A DNA stretch of 64,000 nt from Candidatus Xenobia bacterium (GTDB taxonomy: Bacteria > Vulcanimicrobiota > Xenobia > Xenobiales > QWHO01), in NCBI GenBank assembly GCA_045863235.1, contig BTUM01000016.1:32001-96000 (forward strand), given 5' to 3'. The notes beneath the pieces were generated by a model. That model was not told the origin of the DNA. It searched no databases and was given only the letters and a program-made list of their open reading frames with translations. The position numbers and the translations under genes are program-made. Of the stretch, positions 1 through 10,294 are shown one piece after another. The stretch's first letter is position 1. Each line of letters begins with the position of its first letter.

Positions 1-2158
1 CTACGCTGAGGAAACCGGAAAGAGGGTCACCATGCAAGCGGAGGGAGCGCGGCTGGCAGCCGGAGGGATGCGAGTCGAGTCCTTCCAGGACAACCTCGAG
101 GAGTTGCTCGAGCGCCGCCCCGAGCTGGTGCTGGTGAGCGACCTGGCCCGGGCCAACGAGTCCGGCGCTCGCCATCGCAAGCGCTACCAGGACGTGGAGG
201 AGCTTCTGGCAGCCGGCATCGACGTCTTCGCAACCCTGGACGTTCAGCGCATCGAGAGCCTGAACGACCTGGTAGCGCGCCTCTCCGGCATCACTGTGCG
301 CGAGACGGTGCCCGATCGCATTCTGGACCTGGCCCACCACGTCGAGCTGGTCGATCTCTCTGCACCCGAGCTACGCCTGCGCCTGGAGGAGGGGGGCAAT
401 CTGCTGGCCATGCGCGAGCTGGCCCTGCGCAAAGCTGCCGAGCTGGCGGGGCAGCGCGAGGCGCTGGCCTCGCGGATGGAGCAGCCGGTAGCCGCTGAGA
501 GCATCCTGGTCTGCGTCAGCCCCGAAAGCGAGAACAGGCGCCTTCTGGGCCTGGGCCGACGGATGACAGCGGGACTGCATGCTGACTGGACCGTGCTCTA
601 TGTGGAGACTCCCTGGCACACCAAAGAGCAGCGCGAGTCGGTGAGTCAGACTCTGCACCAGGCCGAGGAGCTGGGCGCCCGCAGCGCGACCATCACCGGT
701 CAAAACGTCTGTGAGGGGGTGCTCGACTACGCCCGGGCGCACCAGGTGACCCGCATCCTGGCCAGCAAGGCCGGCGGACTGGGAGAGAGGCTGCTCAAGA
801 AGAGCGGCGACATCGACCTGCACTTGATCGGAGAGACCCCTCGGCGCAAGCTTCATCCTTACCTGGGGGCCGGAGGATTGGTCGCCCTGGCCCTGCTCCT
901 GGCCTGGCCGGCCAGAGGGCCCCAGGGGGCCGAGTCGGTCCTGCTCTGCTTGATGGCCGTGCTCACCTCGGCCGTCTACTGGGGGCGGGGGCCGGCCCTG
1001 GTGGCGGCGGCTTTGAGCGTGCTGCTAGCCCCCTTCACTCCGCTCAACCTGGCGGCCCTGGTGGCCGTGGCCCTGGTGGTCAGCACCCTGGCCCACCGGG
1101 CCAGGTCGCAGGTGGCTGCCGCTCGTCGTCGCGAGACGGCCACCGTGGCAGCCTGCGAGCTGAGCCAGGACCTGGTGGCCGCCTCTGACGCGAATGCGGT
1201 GCTGGCCATCCTCAAGCGTCACGGGGAGCGGGTCTTCGGGGGCGTGTTCACCCCCCTGCCCGAAGGCCTGAGCGGAGTGGAGCAAGCCGCGGCCGAGTGG
1301 GCCCTGGCCCGGAGCCTGCCCGCCGGGCGCCACACGGACACCCACTCGGAGGCCAGCTCGCTGTACCTGCCTCTGGGTCGCCAGGGAGTTGTGGCCGTGC
1401 AGCTCGACTCGGTCTCGCGCGAGCAACGACGTTTGCTGGAGACCTTTGCCAGCCAGTCCGGGCTGGCCCTCGAGCGGGTCCATCTGGCCGATGAGGCCAG
1501 CCGGCATGAGCTCCTCAAGGCCAAGGAGAAGCTCCAGAATGCCCTGCTGAACTCGGTCTCGCACGACCTCAAAACCCCCCTGGCCTCGATCACCGGCGCC
1601 CTGCGCAGCCTGCGCGAGGACGGCGAGCTGCTCGACGACACCGCCCGGCTGGAGTTGACCGACAACGCCTGCGCCGAGGCCGAGCGGCTCAACCGGCTGG
1701 TGACCAACCTGCTGGACCTGACCCGCCTGGAGGGAGGAGCCCGCCCGGTACGCCTCGAGCTCTGCCAGCTGGCTGAGCTGGTGAGCGCGGCTCGCGACGC
1801 TGCTCGGTGCGAGCGCACGGTCGAGGTCGAGCTGGAGATCAGCGCCTGGATGCTCGATTTCGTGTTGATCCACCAGGTGCTGGTCAACCTGCTCGACAAC
1901 GCCCTGAAATACTCCACTCCTCACACTCCCCTTTTGATCAGAGCCCGAGAGCTGGAAGGAGAGCTGGAGCTGAGCGTGCTCAACGAAGGCCCCCCACCGA
2001 GTGAGCTGGAGCGGGTCTTCGAGGCCTTCTTCCATGGCCCCACCGGAGGCTCGGGGCTGGGTCTCTCCATCTGCCAGGCCATCGTGCACGCCCATGGTGG
2101 ACGCATCGGCATGCACTGCGAGAACGGCCATACGGTCGTCAGCGTGAGGCTGCCTTGA
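1..2158 (+). CDS. kdpD: KdpD-like sensor histidine kinase (probably 5'-partial; frame open from base 2)
   Basis: RHRKRYQDVEELLAAGIDV and ESLND...VRETVPD KdpD N-domain motifs, Usp-like domain, TM block, GAF-like region, H-box SHDLKTPL, N-box NLLDNA, GLGL G-box; followed by kdpE-like gene. Confidence 0.85.
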   Translation, partial: YAEETGKRVTMQAEGARLAAGGMRVESFQDNLEELLERRPELVLVSDLARANESGARHRKRYQDVEELLAAGIDVFATLDVQRIESLNDLVARLSGITVRETVPDRILDLAHHVELVDLSAPELRLRLEEGGNLLAMRELALRKAAELAGQREALASRMEQPVAAESILVCVSPESENRRLLGLGRRMTAGLHADWTVLYVETPWHTKEQRESVSQTLHQAEELGARSATITGQNVCEGVLDYARAHQVTRILASKAGGLGERLLKKSGDIDLHLIGETPRRKLHPYLGAGGLVALALLLAWPARGPQGAESVLLCLMAVLTSAVYWGRGPALVAAALSVLLAPFTPLNLAALVAVALVVSTLAHRARSQVAAARRRETATVAACELSQDLVAASDANAVLAILKRHGERVFGGVFTPLPEGLSGVEQAAAEWALARSLPAGRHTDTHSEASSLYLPLGRQGVVAVQLDSVSREQRRLLETFASQSGLALERVHLADEASRHELLKAKEKLQNALLNSVSHDLKTPLASITGALRSLREDGELLDDTARLELTDNACAEAERLNRLVTNLLDLTRLEGGARPVRLELCQLAELVSAARDAARCERTVEVELEISAWMLDFVLIHQVLVNLLDNALKYSTPHTPLLIRARELEGELELSVLNEGPPPSELERVFEAFFHGPTGGSGLGLSICQAIVHAHGGRIGMHCENGHTVVSVRLP

Positions 2159-2829
2159 CCCGGGTGCTGGTAGTCGATGACGAAAAGGCCATCCTGCGCT
2201 TCCTGCGCACTTCACTCGGAGCGCACGGCTACAAAGTGCTGGAGGCCTCCACAGGGGAGCACGCCCTGGAGCAGGCGGCCTTGGAGCGTCCCGAGGTCAT
2301 CCTGCTCGATCTCACCCTGCCCGACATCGACGGCGTGGAGGTCACCAGGCGTCTGCGCGAGTGGTCACGCGTGCCCATCATCGTGGTCTCGGTGCGAGGC
2401 AGCGAGGCGGACAAGATCGAGGCCCTGGACGCCGGCGCCAATGACTACCTGACCAAGCCCTTCGGCCTGGGAGAGCTGATGGCCCGCATGCGGGTGGCCC
2501 TGCGTTCGCGCCTGGGTGACTCTCCCGAGCCGGTCTTCCGCTACGAGGGGCTGGAGGTGGACCTCTCCCGGCGACTGGTCAGCGTGGACGGGGTGGCTGT
2601 GCGCCTTACGCCCACCGAGTATGATTTGTTGAAGACCCTGATCGTGCACGCCGGCAAGGTGCTTACCCACCGCATGCTCCTGCGCGAGGTCTGGGGACGA
2701 GGCTACGAAGAAGACAATCACCTCGTGCGCGCCAATATCTGCAACCTGCGCGCCAAGCTCGAGCGCGATCCGACTCGTTCACGCTTCATCCAGACCGAGC
2801 CGGGGGTAGGCTACCGGCTGAAAGCCTGA
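2155..2829 (+). CDS. kdpE: KdpE-like OmpR-family response regulator
   Basis: Receiver (VVDDE, LLDLTLP, KPF) plus winged helix ending IQTEPGVGYRL; 4-nt overlap with kdpD. Confidence 0.9.
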   Translation: MTRVLVVDDEKAILRFLRTSLGAHGYKVLEASTGEHALEQAALERPEVILLDLTLPDIDGVEVTRRLREWSRVPIIVVSVRGSEADKIEALDAGANDYLTKPFGLGELMARMRVALRSRLGDSPEPVFRYEGLEVDLSRRLVSVDGVAVRLTPTEYDLLKTLIVHAGKVLTHRMLLREVWGRGYEEDNHLVRANICNLRAKLERDPTRSRFIQTEPGVGYRLKA

Positions 2830-2847
2830 CAACGCCGGCACAAAATC

Positions 2848-2886
2848 GTAACACAAAGGCAACATGGTCTGGTTAGAATACGAAGG
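2848..2886 (+). promoter_or_regulatory. Putative leaderless promoter with 11-bp-period direct repeat
   Basis: GTAAC-N6-GCAAC, 10 nt, TAGAAT, 7 nt, ATG at 2887. Confidence 0.5.
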
Positions 2887-4350
2887 ATGAAAGACCACGC
2901 TGCGCCCTCCTCGATCTCCTCGGTCCGCACCTCCCCCGGAGCTGCGCGCCCTTCCACCTCCGGGCCCGCCCCCACGGCGGCGGCCAACAGGGCTGGGGGA
3001 GGGCAGGTCTCCCATCAGCACGAGGTCGACCATCCTCGCAATGATGTGGTGCAGCTCTCCGAGGCGGGTGAGACCCCGGCCAGGAGCCCCCTGGCCCAGG
3101 TGGCCGACCGGCGCGAGCGCGAGCAGCTGATCAACGGAATGCTTTACACCGAAGGCCCCGGCGCCCCATCGGCCCAGGAGGCCGAAGCCCTGCGCAACTC
3201 ACTGGGGGTGGTGGACGCTGGCACGCTGCGGCTCGTGCAACAGCAAGGACTCAAGATCGGCGTGGTCAGCCCGGGCGAGGACATGTACCAGATGGGCGTG
3301 CTGCGCGAGGTCGACATCAACCAGCTCCAGAGCAAGCTGCCCGAGCACCGGGCCGCCATCGACGCCATGGACAAAGGGCTGGATCAGAAGTTCGGCCCCC
3401 AGATCTCCGCTCTCACCACCCAGCTCCAGGGTCTCAAGGCCGACGATCCCAGGCGGGGTGAGCTCGAGCAGCAGCTTTCCAGCCTGCGCGATCAGCGCAC
3501 CTTCGAGCTGGCGCAGTCGCTGGAGACGTCCGGCATCCCCGCGCGCCCCCTGTTGCCCCCGCTGTCGGCTAAGGAAGCCAGCAACAACGAGCTGGTGACC
3601 ATGGCCACGAACGTGACCAACAGCCCGCTCCCCACCTCCGCCATGGCCGACATCCACGGTGCCACCACCCCCGAGCGCCTGAAAGAATTCGAGCAGCTGA
3701 TGGTGGGCCTCAACGGCGAGCGGCTGGAGGTGGCCCGCAAAGAAGGCCTGGAAAGCCTGCGCTCGCGCGTGGCGGCGGCCAAGCCTGAAGATCGCGAGCG
3801 GCTGCAGGGATACCTGGACGCCGCACTGGCCGACCCCACCCAGATCCCCATCGACCATCGAGCCCACAACATCGTAGTGCCGAATGTGCACTACGTGGAG
3901 AACGGTCGGCTCAGCAAGCATGACAAGCTTTCTCTGGCCAACTGGGGCGACGGCAAGAACACCGCGGCGCCCCTGATGGACCCGAAGACCGGCGAGGGCA
4001 GCGTGCTGGCCGGGCAGTACTTCGAGGACGTCAATCGATTGCTCGTGCGCGACTCGCAGGTGAAGAGCGATACCCCCATCCACGAGATGGGCCATGCCAT
4101 CGAAGGCGCGGTGCAGAAGGCCGACCCCAACTTCTACCAGGGCTTTGAGCCCCGCTTGATGGAGGCTTACCAGAAGGCCCTGGACGGGACGACCGTCAGC
4201 AAGTACGCCCAGGCCAGCCCGCGCGAGTACATCGCCGAGGGAGTGGCCCACTACTACGAGGATCCGAAGGCCCTCAAAGCTACCGATCCGGCCCTCTTCG
4301 CCCTGACCCAGGAGCTGATCGACCGAGCCTCGGCCCTGGGCAACCGCTGA
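2887..4350 (+). CDS. Hypothetical protein with C-terminal zincin metallopeptidase domain (lethal-factor/ATLF-like)
   Basis: HEMGH followed by SKYA..SPREYIAEG and LKATDPALF; low-complexity S/P/A N-terminus, no signal peptide. Confidence 0.7.
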   Translation: MKDHAAPSSISSVRTSPGAARPSTSGPAPTAAANRAGGGQVSHQHEVDHPRNDVVQLSEAGETPARSPLAQVADRREREQLINGMLYTEGPGAPSAQEAEALRNSLGVVDAGTLRLVQQQGLKIGVVSPGEDMYQMGVLREVDINQLQSKLPEHRAAIDAMDKGLDQKFGPQISALTTQLQGLKADDPRRGELEQQLSSLRDQRTFELAQSLETSGIPARPLLPPLSAKEASNNELVTMATNVTNSPLPTSAMADIHGATTPERLKEFEQLMVGLNGERLEVARKEGLESLRSRVAAAKPEDRERLQGYLDAALADPTQIPIDHRAHNIVVPNVHYVENGRLSKHDKLSLANWGDGKNTAAPLMDPKTGEGSVLAGQYFEDVNRLLVRDSQVKSDTPIHEMGHAIEGAVQKADPNFYQGFEPRLMEAYQKALDGTTVSKYAQASPREYIAEGVAHYYEDPKALKATDPALFALTQELIDRASALGNR

Positions 4351-4525
4351 GCGGCGATCGCACCACGCCTGGAGCGAGACGCGGAAGCCTCATTGTCGTC
4401 CACCCGGGCCGGCCCAGAAGAGTTGATGGCATATGTCGTGTGCGACATAGCGTAGTAGATCCATACGAAGGAAAACAGACATCCAAGTGCGCACAGGTGG
4501 AAACTTCAAGAAAGAGGGTCCACTC

Positions 4526-5605
4526 ATGTCACGGTTACGCCTCCTGATTCTGACGCTTGCCCTGCTGGCCGCTCCGGCCCTGGGCCAGGCGCACTACCAG
4601 CCGGGGATCTTCCCGCTGGATTCCCTCACCAACATGCCTGCTTTTCCCGGAGTGTACTTTTCCGAGAACTTCATCTACTACACCGGCCAGGCTCAACTGG
4701 ACCGCACGCTGCTGAACGGGCGCCTGCCGGTCACGCTCAATCTGGACGCCAACATCTTCGCCGCGAATCAGATCGTCATGTGGCAGACCGGGGAAAAGTT
4801 CCTCGGGGCCGACTACGGCGCCATGATCCTGCTTCCTCTGATGCAGCCGAGCGCAGGAGCCCAGCTTGACGTGGGCCTGGTCCAGGCCCGCCAGGTGGGG
4901 GGCAGCAAGTTCGGCCTCGGCGACGCGCTCATCCTGCCGCTGATCCTGGGCTGGCACGGCCAGAAGTACGACGCAGTGTTCAGTTACGGCATCTGGGCTC
5001 CCACCGGCTCCTACTCGACCAGCGCGCCGCTCAACGTGGGCCGCGGCTTCTGGACGAACCAGCTTCAGCTCGGGGGAGCCTACTACCTCGACGAGGAGCG
5101 CACCTGGAGCCTCAACGCGGTGGGCACGTACGAAGCCGACACCACCCGCTCCAACGGGTTCTACCCCGGCGACTACTTCTCGCTCGACTGGGGCGTTCGC
5201 AAGAAGCTGGACGACCAGTGGACGATCGGCCTGACCGGCTACGACACATGGCAGCTTAACCCGGCCAGCGCGGGCTTCGGGTTTAACAACCAGATCACCA
5301 ACTCCGCCCATGCCATCGGAGGCGAGGTATCGGTGACCATCCCCGAGGCCGACTTCCTGGGGATCACGCTCAAGTTCTCGCACGAGTACGACGCCTACGC
5401 GCGCTTTCAGGGCGACGTGGCCAGCCTGACCTTCTCGGTGCCCATCGACATGGAGCTGCCCAGCGCGCCTCCGCCCGCGGCCAAACCCGCCGAATCAAAG
5501 CCAGAACCGGTGCCGGCCGAGCCCTCGAGCGAAGTGGCCCCCACCAGCGAGGCAGCAATACAACTGAGTGCTCCTGCGACCGAGCCGGCTTCAGAATTGC
5601 CCTGA
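4526..5605 (+). CDS. SphA / MetA-pathway-of-phenol-degradation family outer-membrane beta-barrel channel
   Basis: Signal peptide; KFLGADYG, GLGD...PLILGWH, APTGSY...NVGRGFW motifs; Pro/Glu-rich tail. Confidence 0.8.
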   Translation: MSRLRLLILTLALLAAPALGQAHYQPGIFPLDSLTNMPAFPGVYFSENFIYYTGQAQLDRTLLNGRLPVTLNLDANIFAANQIVMWQTGEKFLGADYGAMILLPLMQPSAGAQLDVGLVQARQVGGSKFGLGDALILPLILGWHGQKYDAVFSYGIWAPTGSYSTSAPLNVGRGFWTNQLQLGGAYYLDEERTWSLNAVGTYEADTTRSNGFYPGDYFSLDWGVRKKLDDQWTIGLTGYDTWQLNPASAGFGFNNQITNSAHAIGGEVSVTIPEADFLGITLKFSHEYDAYARFQGDVASLTFSVPIDMELPSAPPPAAKPAESKPEPVPAEPSSEVAPTSEAAIQLSAPATEPASELP

Positions 5606-5654
5606 CGCACCGCTGTCTGAGCGGGTAGCGATCCAAATTTCCGTTGGAGGAACC

Positions 5655-8156
5655 ATGCCGAGAAAGCTCCTGACTCTGGTCGTCTTGACATTACTGCTTG
5701 CCATGGTGCCGGCCACGGCCCAGGAGGTGACCGGCCCCCCCGGTTCGCCGGGCGCGACCACCACCATCGACGGGAAGCAACTCCCGGCCCCCGATCCCAG
5801 GTTCGAGGGCGTGATCCGAGAGGACGCACTGCAGTCCAAACCCTGGTGGGCGCCACGCATCGTGCCACCCAGGAAGGCACCCAACATCCTGCTCATCATG
5901 ACCGACGACTCGGGCTTCGGCGTGCCCAGCACCTTCGGGGGCGTCATCCCCACCCCCGCGCTCGATCGCGTCGCTCGAAACGGGCTTCGCTACAACAACA
6001 TTCACTCCACCGCGCTGTGCTCACCCACCCGGGCCGCGCTGATCACGGGCCGCAATCACCATTCCACCGGTTTTGGCGTCATCTCCGAGCAATCCACGGG
6101 TTTCCCCGGCTATAACAGCGTCCTTCCCAAGGACAAGGCCACCATCGGCCGCATCCTCCGAGACAACGGCTTTGCGACCTCCTGGTTCGGCAAGGACCAC
6201 AATGTGCCCACCTTCCAAGCCAGCGCCATCGGGCCGTTTGACAACTGGCCTATCGGACAGGGCTTCGAATACTTTTACGGCTTCGTCGGCGGCGACGCCA
6301 ACCAGTGGCAGCCGAACCTCTTCCGGAACACCACCCAGATCTATCCCTTCCAGGGTAAGCCGGGGTGGAACCTGGTCACCGGCATGGCCGACGACTGCAT
6401 CGACTACCTCCATCGCATCGACCAGATCCAACCAGACAAGCCGTTCTTCTGTTACTACGTGCCGGGCGCAACGCACGCGCCGCACCACCCCACGAAGGAG
6501 TGGGTCGACAAGATCCACGCCATGCACCTTTTCGACGGCGGCTGGAACAAACTGCGTCAGCAAATCTTCGAAAATCAGAAGCGGCTCGGCGTCATCCCGG
6601 CCGATACCAGGCTGGAGCCCTGGCCCCGGGAGCATCTCAAGAATTGGGACGACTGCACCGCTGAGGAGAAGAAGCTCTTCATCCGCCAGGCAGAGGTCTT
6701 CGCGGCCTACGTCGCTTACAACGACCACGAGATCGGCCGCGTGATCCGGGCGATCGACGACATGGGCAAACTGGACGACACGCTGATCATCTACATCAAC
6801 GGGGACAACGGCACCAGTGCCGAGGGCGGTCCCCTGGGCACGCCCAACGAGGTCGCCTTCTTCAACGGAATCAACATGATGCCGGTGCAGGAGCAGATGA
6901 AGTATTACGATGCCTGGGGCACCGAGAGAACCTACAACCACATGTCCGCCGGCTGGTCCTGGGCTTTCGACACGCCCTTCACCTGGTTCAAGCAGAACGC
7001 TTCCCGGCTCGGTGGCATCCGTCAGTGCATGGCAGTCTCCTGGCCCAACGGGATCAAGGAGCGAGGCGGGCTGCGCCAGCAGTTCCTGCACGTCATCGAC
7101 GTGGTGCCGACCCTGCTCGAGGTAAGCGGGATCTCGGCACCCGAGATGGTGGATGGCATCAAGCAGGCGCCCATCGAGGGCACCAGCTTCGCCTACACCT
7201 TCGATTCCAGTAATTCCAACGCTCCCTCTCGCCACAAGACCCAGTATTTCGAAATGATGGGGCAGTGGGCTCTCTATCACGATGGCTGGATGTTGAGCAC
7301 CAAGGTCAACCGGGCGCCCTGGGAGGCCTTCGGCAAGGCCAACCCGGACCCGCTCAACAATCAGGTTCTCGAGCTCTACGATCTCAACACCGACTTCAGC
7401 CAGTCCCAGAACGTGGCCGACAAGCATCCGGACAAAGTGGCTGCCCTGAAGAACATTTTCATTCAGGAAGCCAGGAAGTATCAGGTCTTTCCCATGGACG
7501 CCTCGGTGGCCGCTCGGATCGTGGCGCCGCGTCCCAACATCACCGCCGGTCGCACCGAGTTCGTGTATACCCGGCCGATGGTGGGCCTGCCGCAGGGCGA
7601 TTCGCCCTTCTTGCTCAACTGCTCGTTCACCATTGCCGCGGACATCGACGTGCCGGTCTCCGGCGCCGAAGGGATGATCCTGACCTCGGGCGGGCGGTTT
7701 GCAGGCTACGGATTCTACCTGCTCAAGGGCAAGCCGGTGTTCGTCTGGAACCTGGTCGACCTGGAACGCGTTCGCTGGGCCGGAGCCGAGCCGCTGTCAC
7801 CCGGCAAGCACAGGCTCGAGTTCGACTTCAAGTATGACGGGCTGGGTGTGGGCACGCTGGCCTTCAACGATATGAGCGGCCTGGGTCGTTCTGCCACCGG
7901 CACCCTGAAGGTCGACGGCACCGAAGTCCAGACCATCCAGATGCCGAAGACGATTCCGATGATCCTGCAATGGGACGAAAGCTTCGACATCGGGTCGGAC
8001 ACGCTGACAGGCGTCAATGATGCCGACTACCTGCCGCCCTTCCCTCTGACCGCCAGGCTGGAAAAGCTGACCATCAAGGTGGACCGGCCCGAGCTGACGC
8101 CCGAGGACATCAAGAAGCTCGAGGAGAGCCAGCGCAACAACCGATCCAGCGAGTAG
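5655..8156 (+). CDS. Secreted arylsulfatase (AtsA-like) with C-terminal LamG-like extension
   Basis: PNILLIMTDD, CSPTRAALITG formylglycine motif, GKDH, HAPH, GDNG; GGAGG RBS before ATG 5655; signal peptide. Confidence 0.93.
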   Translation: MPRKLLTLVVLTLLLAMVPATAQEVTGPPGSPGATTTIDGKQLPAPDPRFEGVIREDALQSKPWWAPRIVPPRKAPNILLIMTDDSGFGVPSTFGGVIPTPALDRVARNGLRYNNIHSTALCSPTRAALITGRNHHSTGFGVISEQSTGFPGYNSVLPKDKATIGRILRDNGFATSWFGKDHNVPTFQASAIGPFDNWPIGQGFEYFYGFVGGDANQWQPNLFRNTTQIYPFQGKPGWNLVTGMADDCIDYLHRIDQIQPDKPFFCYYVPGATHAPHHPTKEWVDKIHAMHLFDGGWNKLRQQIFENQKRLGVIPADTRLEPWPREHLKNWDDCTAEEKKLFIRQAEVFAAYVAYNDHEIGRVIRAIDDMGKLDDTLIIYINGDNGTSAEGGPLGTPNEVAFFNGINMMPVQEQMKYYDAWGTERTYNHMSAGWSWAFDTPFTWFKQNASRLGGIRQCMAVSWPNGIKERGGLRQQFLHVIDVVPTLLEVSGISAPEMVDGIKQAPIEGTSFAYTFDSSNSNAPSRHKTQYFEMMGQWALYHDGWMLSTKVNRAPWEAFGKANPDPLNNQVLELYDLNTDFSQSQNVADKHPDKVAALKNIFIQEARKYQVFPMDASVAARIVAPRPNITAGRTEFVYTRPMVGLPQGDSPFLLNCSFTIAADIDVPVSGAEGMILTSGGRFAGYGFYLLKGKPVFVWNLVDLERVRWAGAEPLSPGKHRLEFDFKYDGLGVGTLAFNDMSGLGRSATGTLKVDGTEVQTIQMPKTIPMILQWDESFDIGSDTLTGVNDADYLPPFPLTARLEKLTIKVDRPELTPEDIKKLEESQRNNRSSE

Positions 8157-8272
8157 GCCGCCCCGCCGAGGCTGTCGCGCCTCGGCGGGCTCGGCGGGCT
8201 CGCGGCCGGGCTATCGCGTGCAAGGGTGCATCCGGGCGTAGGACGGCCCGCCGCTGCGTTGAAGGGGAACAG

Positions 8273-10294
8273 ATGAGACACTGGCTCACCTTCTGCCTGG
8301 CCATCCTGCTCCTGGTCGCGGGCTCGGCCCAACCGGTCAAGAAAGCGCATGTTGCATCGGAGCTGATCAGCGACCAGTCGGTGGTGGCCCCGGGCAGCAC
8401 GTTCTGGGTGGGCCTGCGCCTGGAGATGGAGCCCGAGTGGCACACCTACTGGGAGAACCCCGGCGACGGCGGGCTGGCCACCAAGATCGAGTGGACCCTG
8501 CCCGAGGGCGTGACGGCCGGTCCGATCCAGTGGCCCGCCCCCGAGCGCGTCGAGCTGGCCGGGCTGGTCAGCTACGGCTACTCGCACGAGGTTATTCTGT
8601 TAACCCAGCTCCAGACCGCTCCCGACCTCAAGAGCGGGCCGCTCACGCTGAAGGCCAACATCACCTACCTGGCCTGCAAAGAGGAGTGCATCCCCGGCCA
8701 GGCCGACCTGACCCTCAAGCTCAGCGTTGCACAGGCCAGCCAGCCCTCCGAGCAGGCCGAGAGCCTGGCCCGGGCCCGCGATCGGCTTCCGCTGGGGCCG
8801 GACCCTGCCGTGCAGGCCCGCCTGGAAGGCACGAAAATCCTTCTCAGCCTGCCGCCCGGCGCTCAGAAGGCCGAGTTTTTCCCGCTCGATAACGAGCAGA
8901 TCAAGCTCGATGCCCCCCAGGCCCTCAAACAGGACCAGCTCGAGCTGCAGGCAGCCGAGAAGGCTCCCGCCCGGCTCTCGGGCGTGTTGGTGGTGGGCGA
9001 CAAGTCCTACCAGGTGGATCTGCCCCTGACCACCGGCGGGGCAGCGGCCCAGGCCCCTCAGGTCAGCTTTCTGCCGGCCTTCCTGTCGGCCTTTCTGGGC
9101 GGGCTCTTGCTCAACCTGATGCCCTGCGTCTTCCCGGTGCTCTCCATGAAGGTGCTGGGCTTCGTGGAGGCGGCCGGCGAGAGCAAAGGCAAGCCCTGGA
9201 TGCACGGGGTGGTGTTCACGCTGGGCGTGCTGGTCTCGTTCTGGGCGCTGACGGCGGCGCTGCTGGCCGTCAAGGCGGGCGGGGCCAAAGTGGGCTGGGG
9301 CTTTCAGCTGCAAGAGCCGGGCATCGTGATCGCCCTGGCGGTGCTCTTCTTCGCGCTGGGACTGAATTTTCTGGGCGTCTTCGAGATCGGCCTGACGCTC
9401 ACGCGCCTGGGCGATGTGGCCGAGCGCAAGTCGGGCCTGAGCGGCGCCTTCTGGAGCGGGGTGCTGGCCACGCTGGCGGCCACCCCCTGCACCGCCCCCT
9501 TCATGGGTAGCGCGGTGGGCTTCGCGCTGACCGCACCGGTGATGCAGACCTTCCTGATCTTCACCTCGCTGGGGCTGGGGATGGCCTTCCCCTACCTGGT
9601 GCTCTCCAGTGTGCCGGCTCTGCTGCGCTTCGTGCCCCGGCCCGGCCCCTGGATGGAGAGCTTCAAGCAGTTCCTGGCCTTCCCGCTGCTGGCCACCACC
9701 GGCGGCCTGCTCTGGGTGCTGGGCCAGCAGCGCGGCCCCAACGCCGTGGCCGTCATGCTGCAGGCCCTGGTGCTCTTTGGCATGGCCGCCTGGGCCTACG
9801 GCCGGTGGGGGTTCTCCATCAAGCCCGGAGTGCGGGCCCGGGGGCTGGCCTTCACCGCCCTGCTCCTGGCCGCAGGCCTGGCTGTCTCGGTGCAGGCCGC
9901 CCGCTTCGGCGCCCCTGACCCGAGCGGCCATTCCGGACCGTGGCAGAGCTTCTCGCCCGAGAAAGTAGCCGAGCTGCGGGCCGCCGGCAAGCCGGTCTTC
10001 GTCGACTTCACGGCCGCCTGGTGCTTCAGCTGCCAGGTCAACGAGCAGGTGGCCCTCAAGCCCAAAGAGGTGCTGGACGCCTTTCAAGCCCGGGGAATCA
10101 CCATGCTGAAGGCTGACTGGACCAACCGCGATGAGGTCATCACCCGCGAGTTGGAGAAGTTCGGCCGCAGCGGCGTGCCGCTCTATGTGCTCTATCCAGC
10201 CGGCGGCGAGCCCGAGGTGCTGCCCCAGGTGCTTACCCCCAGCATTGTGCTCAAGGCTTTGGAGAAGATCCCGACCAGCTCTTCAGCACCGTGA
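8273..10294 (+). CDS. dsbD: Thiol:disulfide interchange protein, DsbD family
   Basis: WHTYWENPGD and CKEEC N-domain, LNLMPCVFPVL and ATPCTAP TM cysteines, thioredoxin FTAAWCFSC. Confidence 0.92.
   Translation: MRHWLTFCLAILLLVAGSAQPVKKAHVASELISDQSVVAPGSTFWVGLRLEMEPEWHTYWENPGDGGLATKIEWTLPEGVTAGPIQWPAPERVELAGLVSYGYSHEVILLTQLQTAPDLKSGPLTLKANITYLACKEECIPGQADLTLKLSVAQASQPSEQAESLARARDRLPLGPDPAVQARLEGTKILLSLPPGAQKAEFFPLDNEQIKLDAPQALKQDQLELQAAEKAPARLSGVLVVGDKSYQVDLPLTTGGAAAQAPQVSFLPAFLSAFLGGLLLNLMPCVFPVLSMKVLGFVEAAGESKGKPWMHGVVFTLGVLVSFWALTAALLAVKAGGAKVGWGFQLQEPGIVIALAVLFFALGLNFLGVFEIGLTLTRLGDVAERKSGLSGAFWSGVLATLAATPCTAPFMGSAVGFALTAPVMQTFLIFTSLGLGMAFPYLVLSSVPALLRFVPRPGPWMESFKQFLAFPLLATTGGLLWVLGQQRGPNAVAVMLQALVLFGMAAWAYGRWGFSIKPGVRARGLAFTALLLAAGLAVSVQAARFGAPDPSGHSGPWQSFSPEKVAELRAAGKPVFVDFTAAWCFSCQVNEQVALKPKEVLDAFQARGITMLKADWTNRDEVITRELEKFGRSGVPLYVLYPAGGEPEVLPQVLTPSIVLKALEKIPTSSSAP

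Noticed and set aside
8160..8205. GC hairpin after the sulfatase as terminator
   Set aside because: No U-tract and the next gene is co-oriented; not enough support
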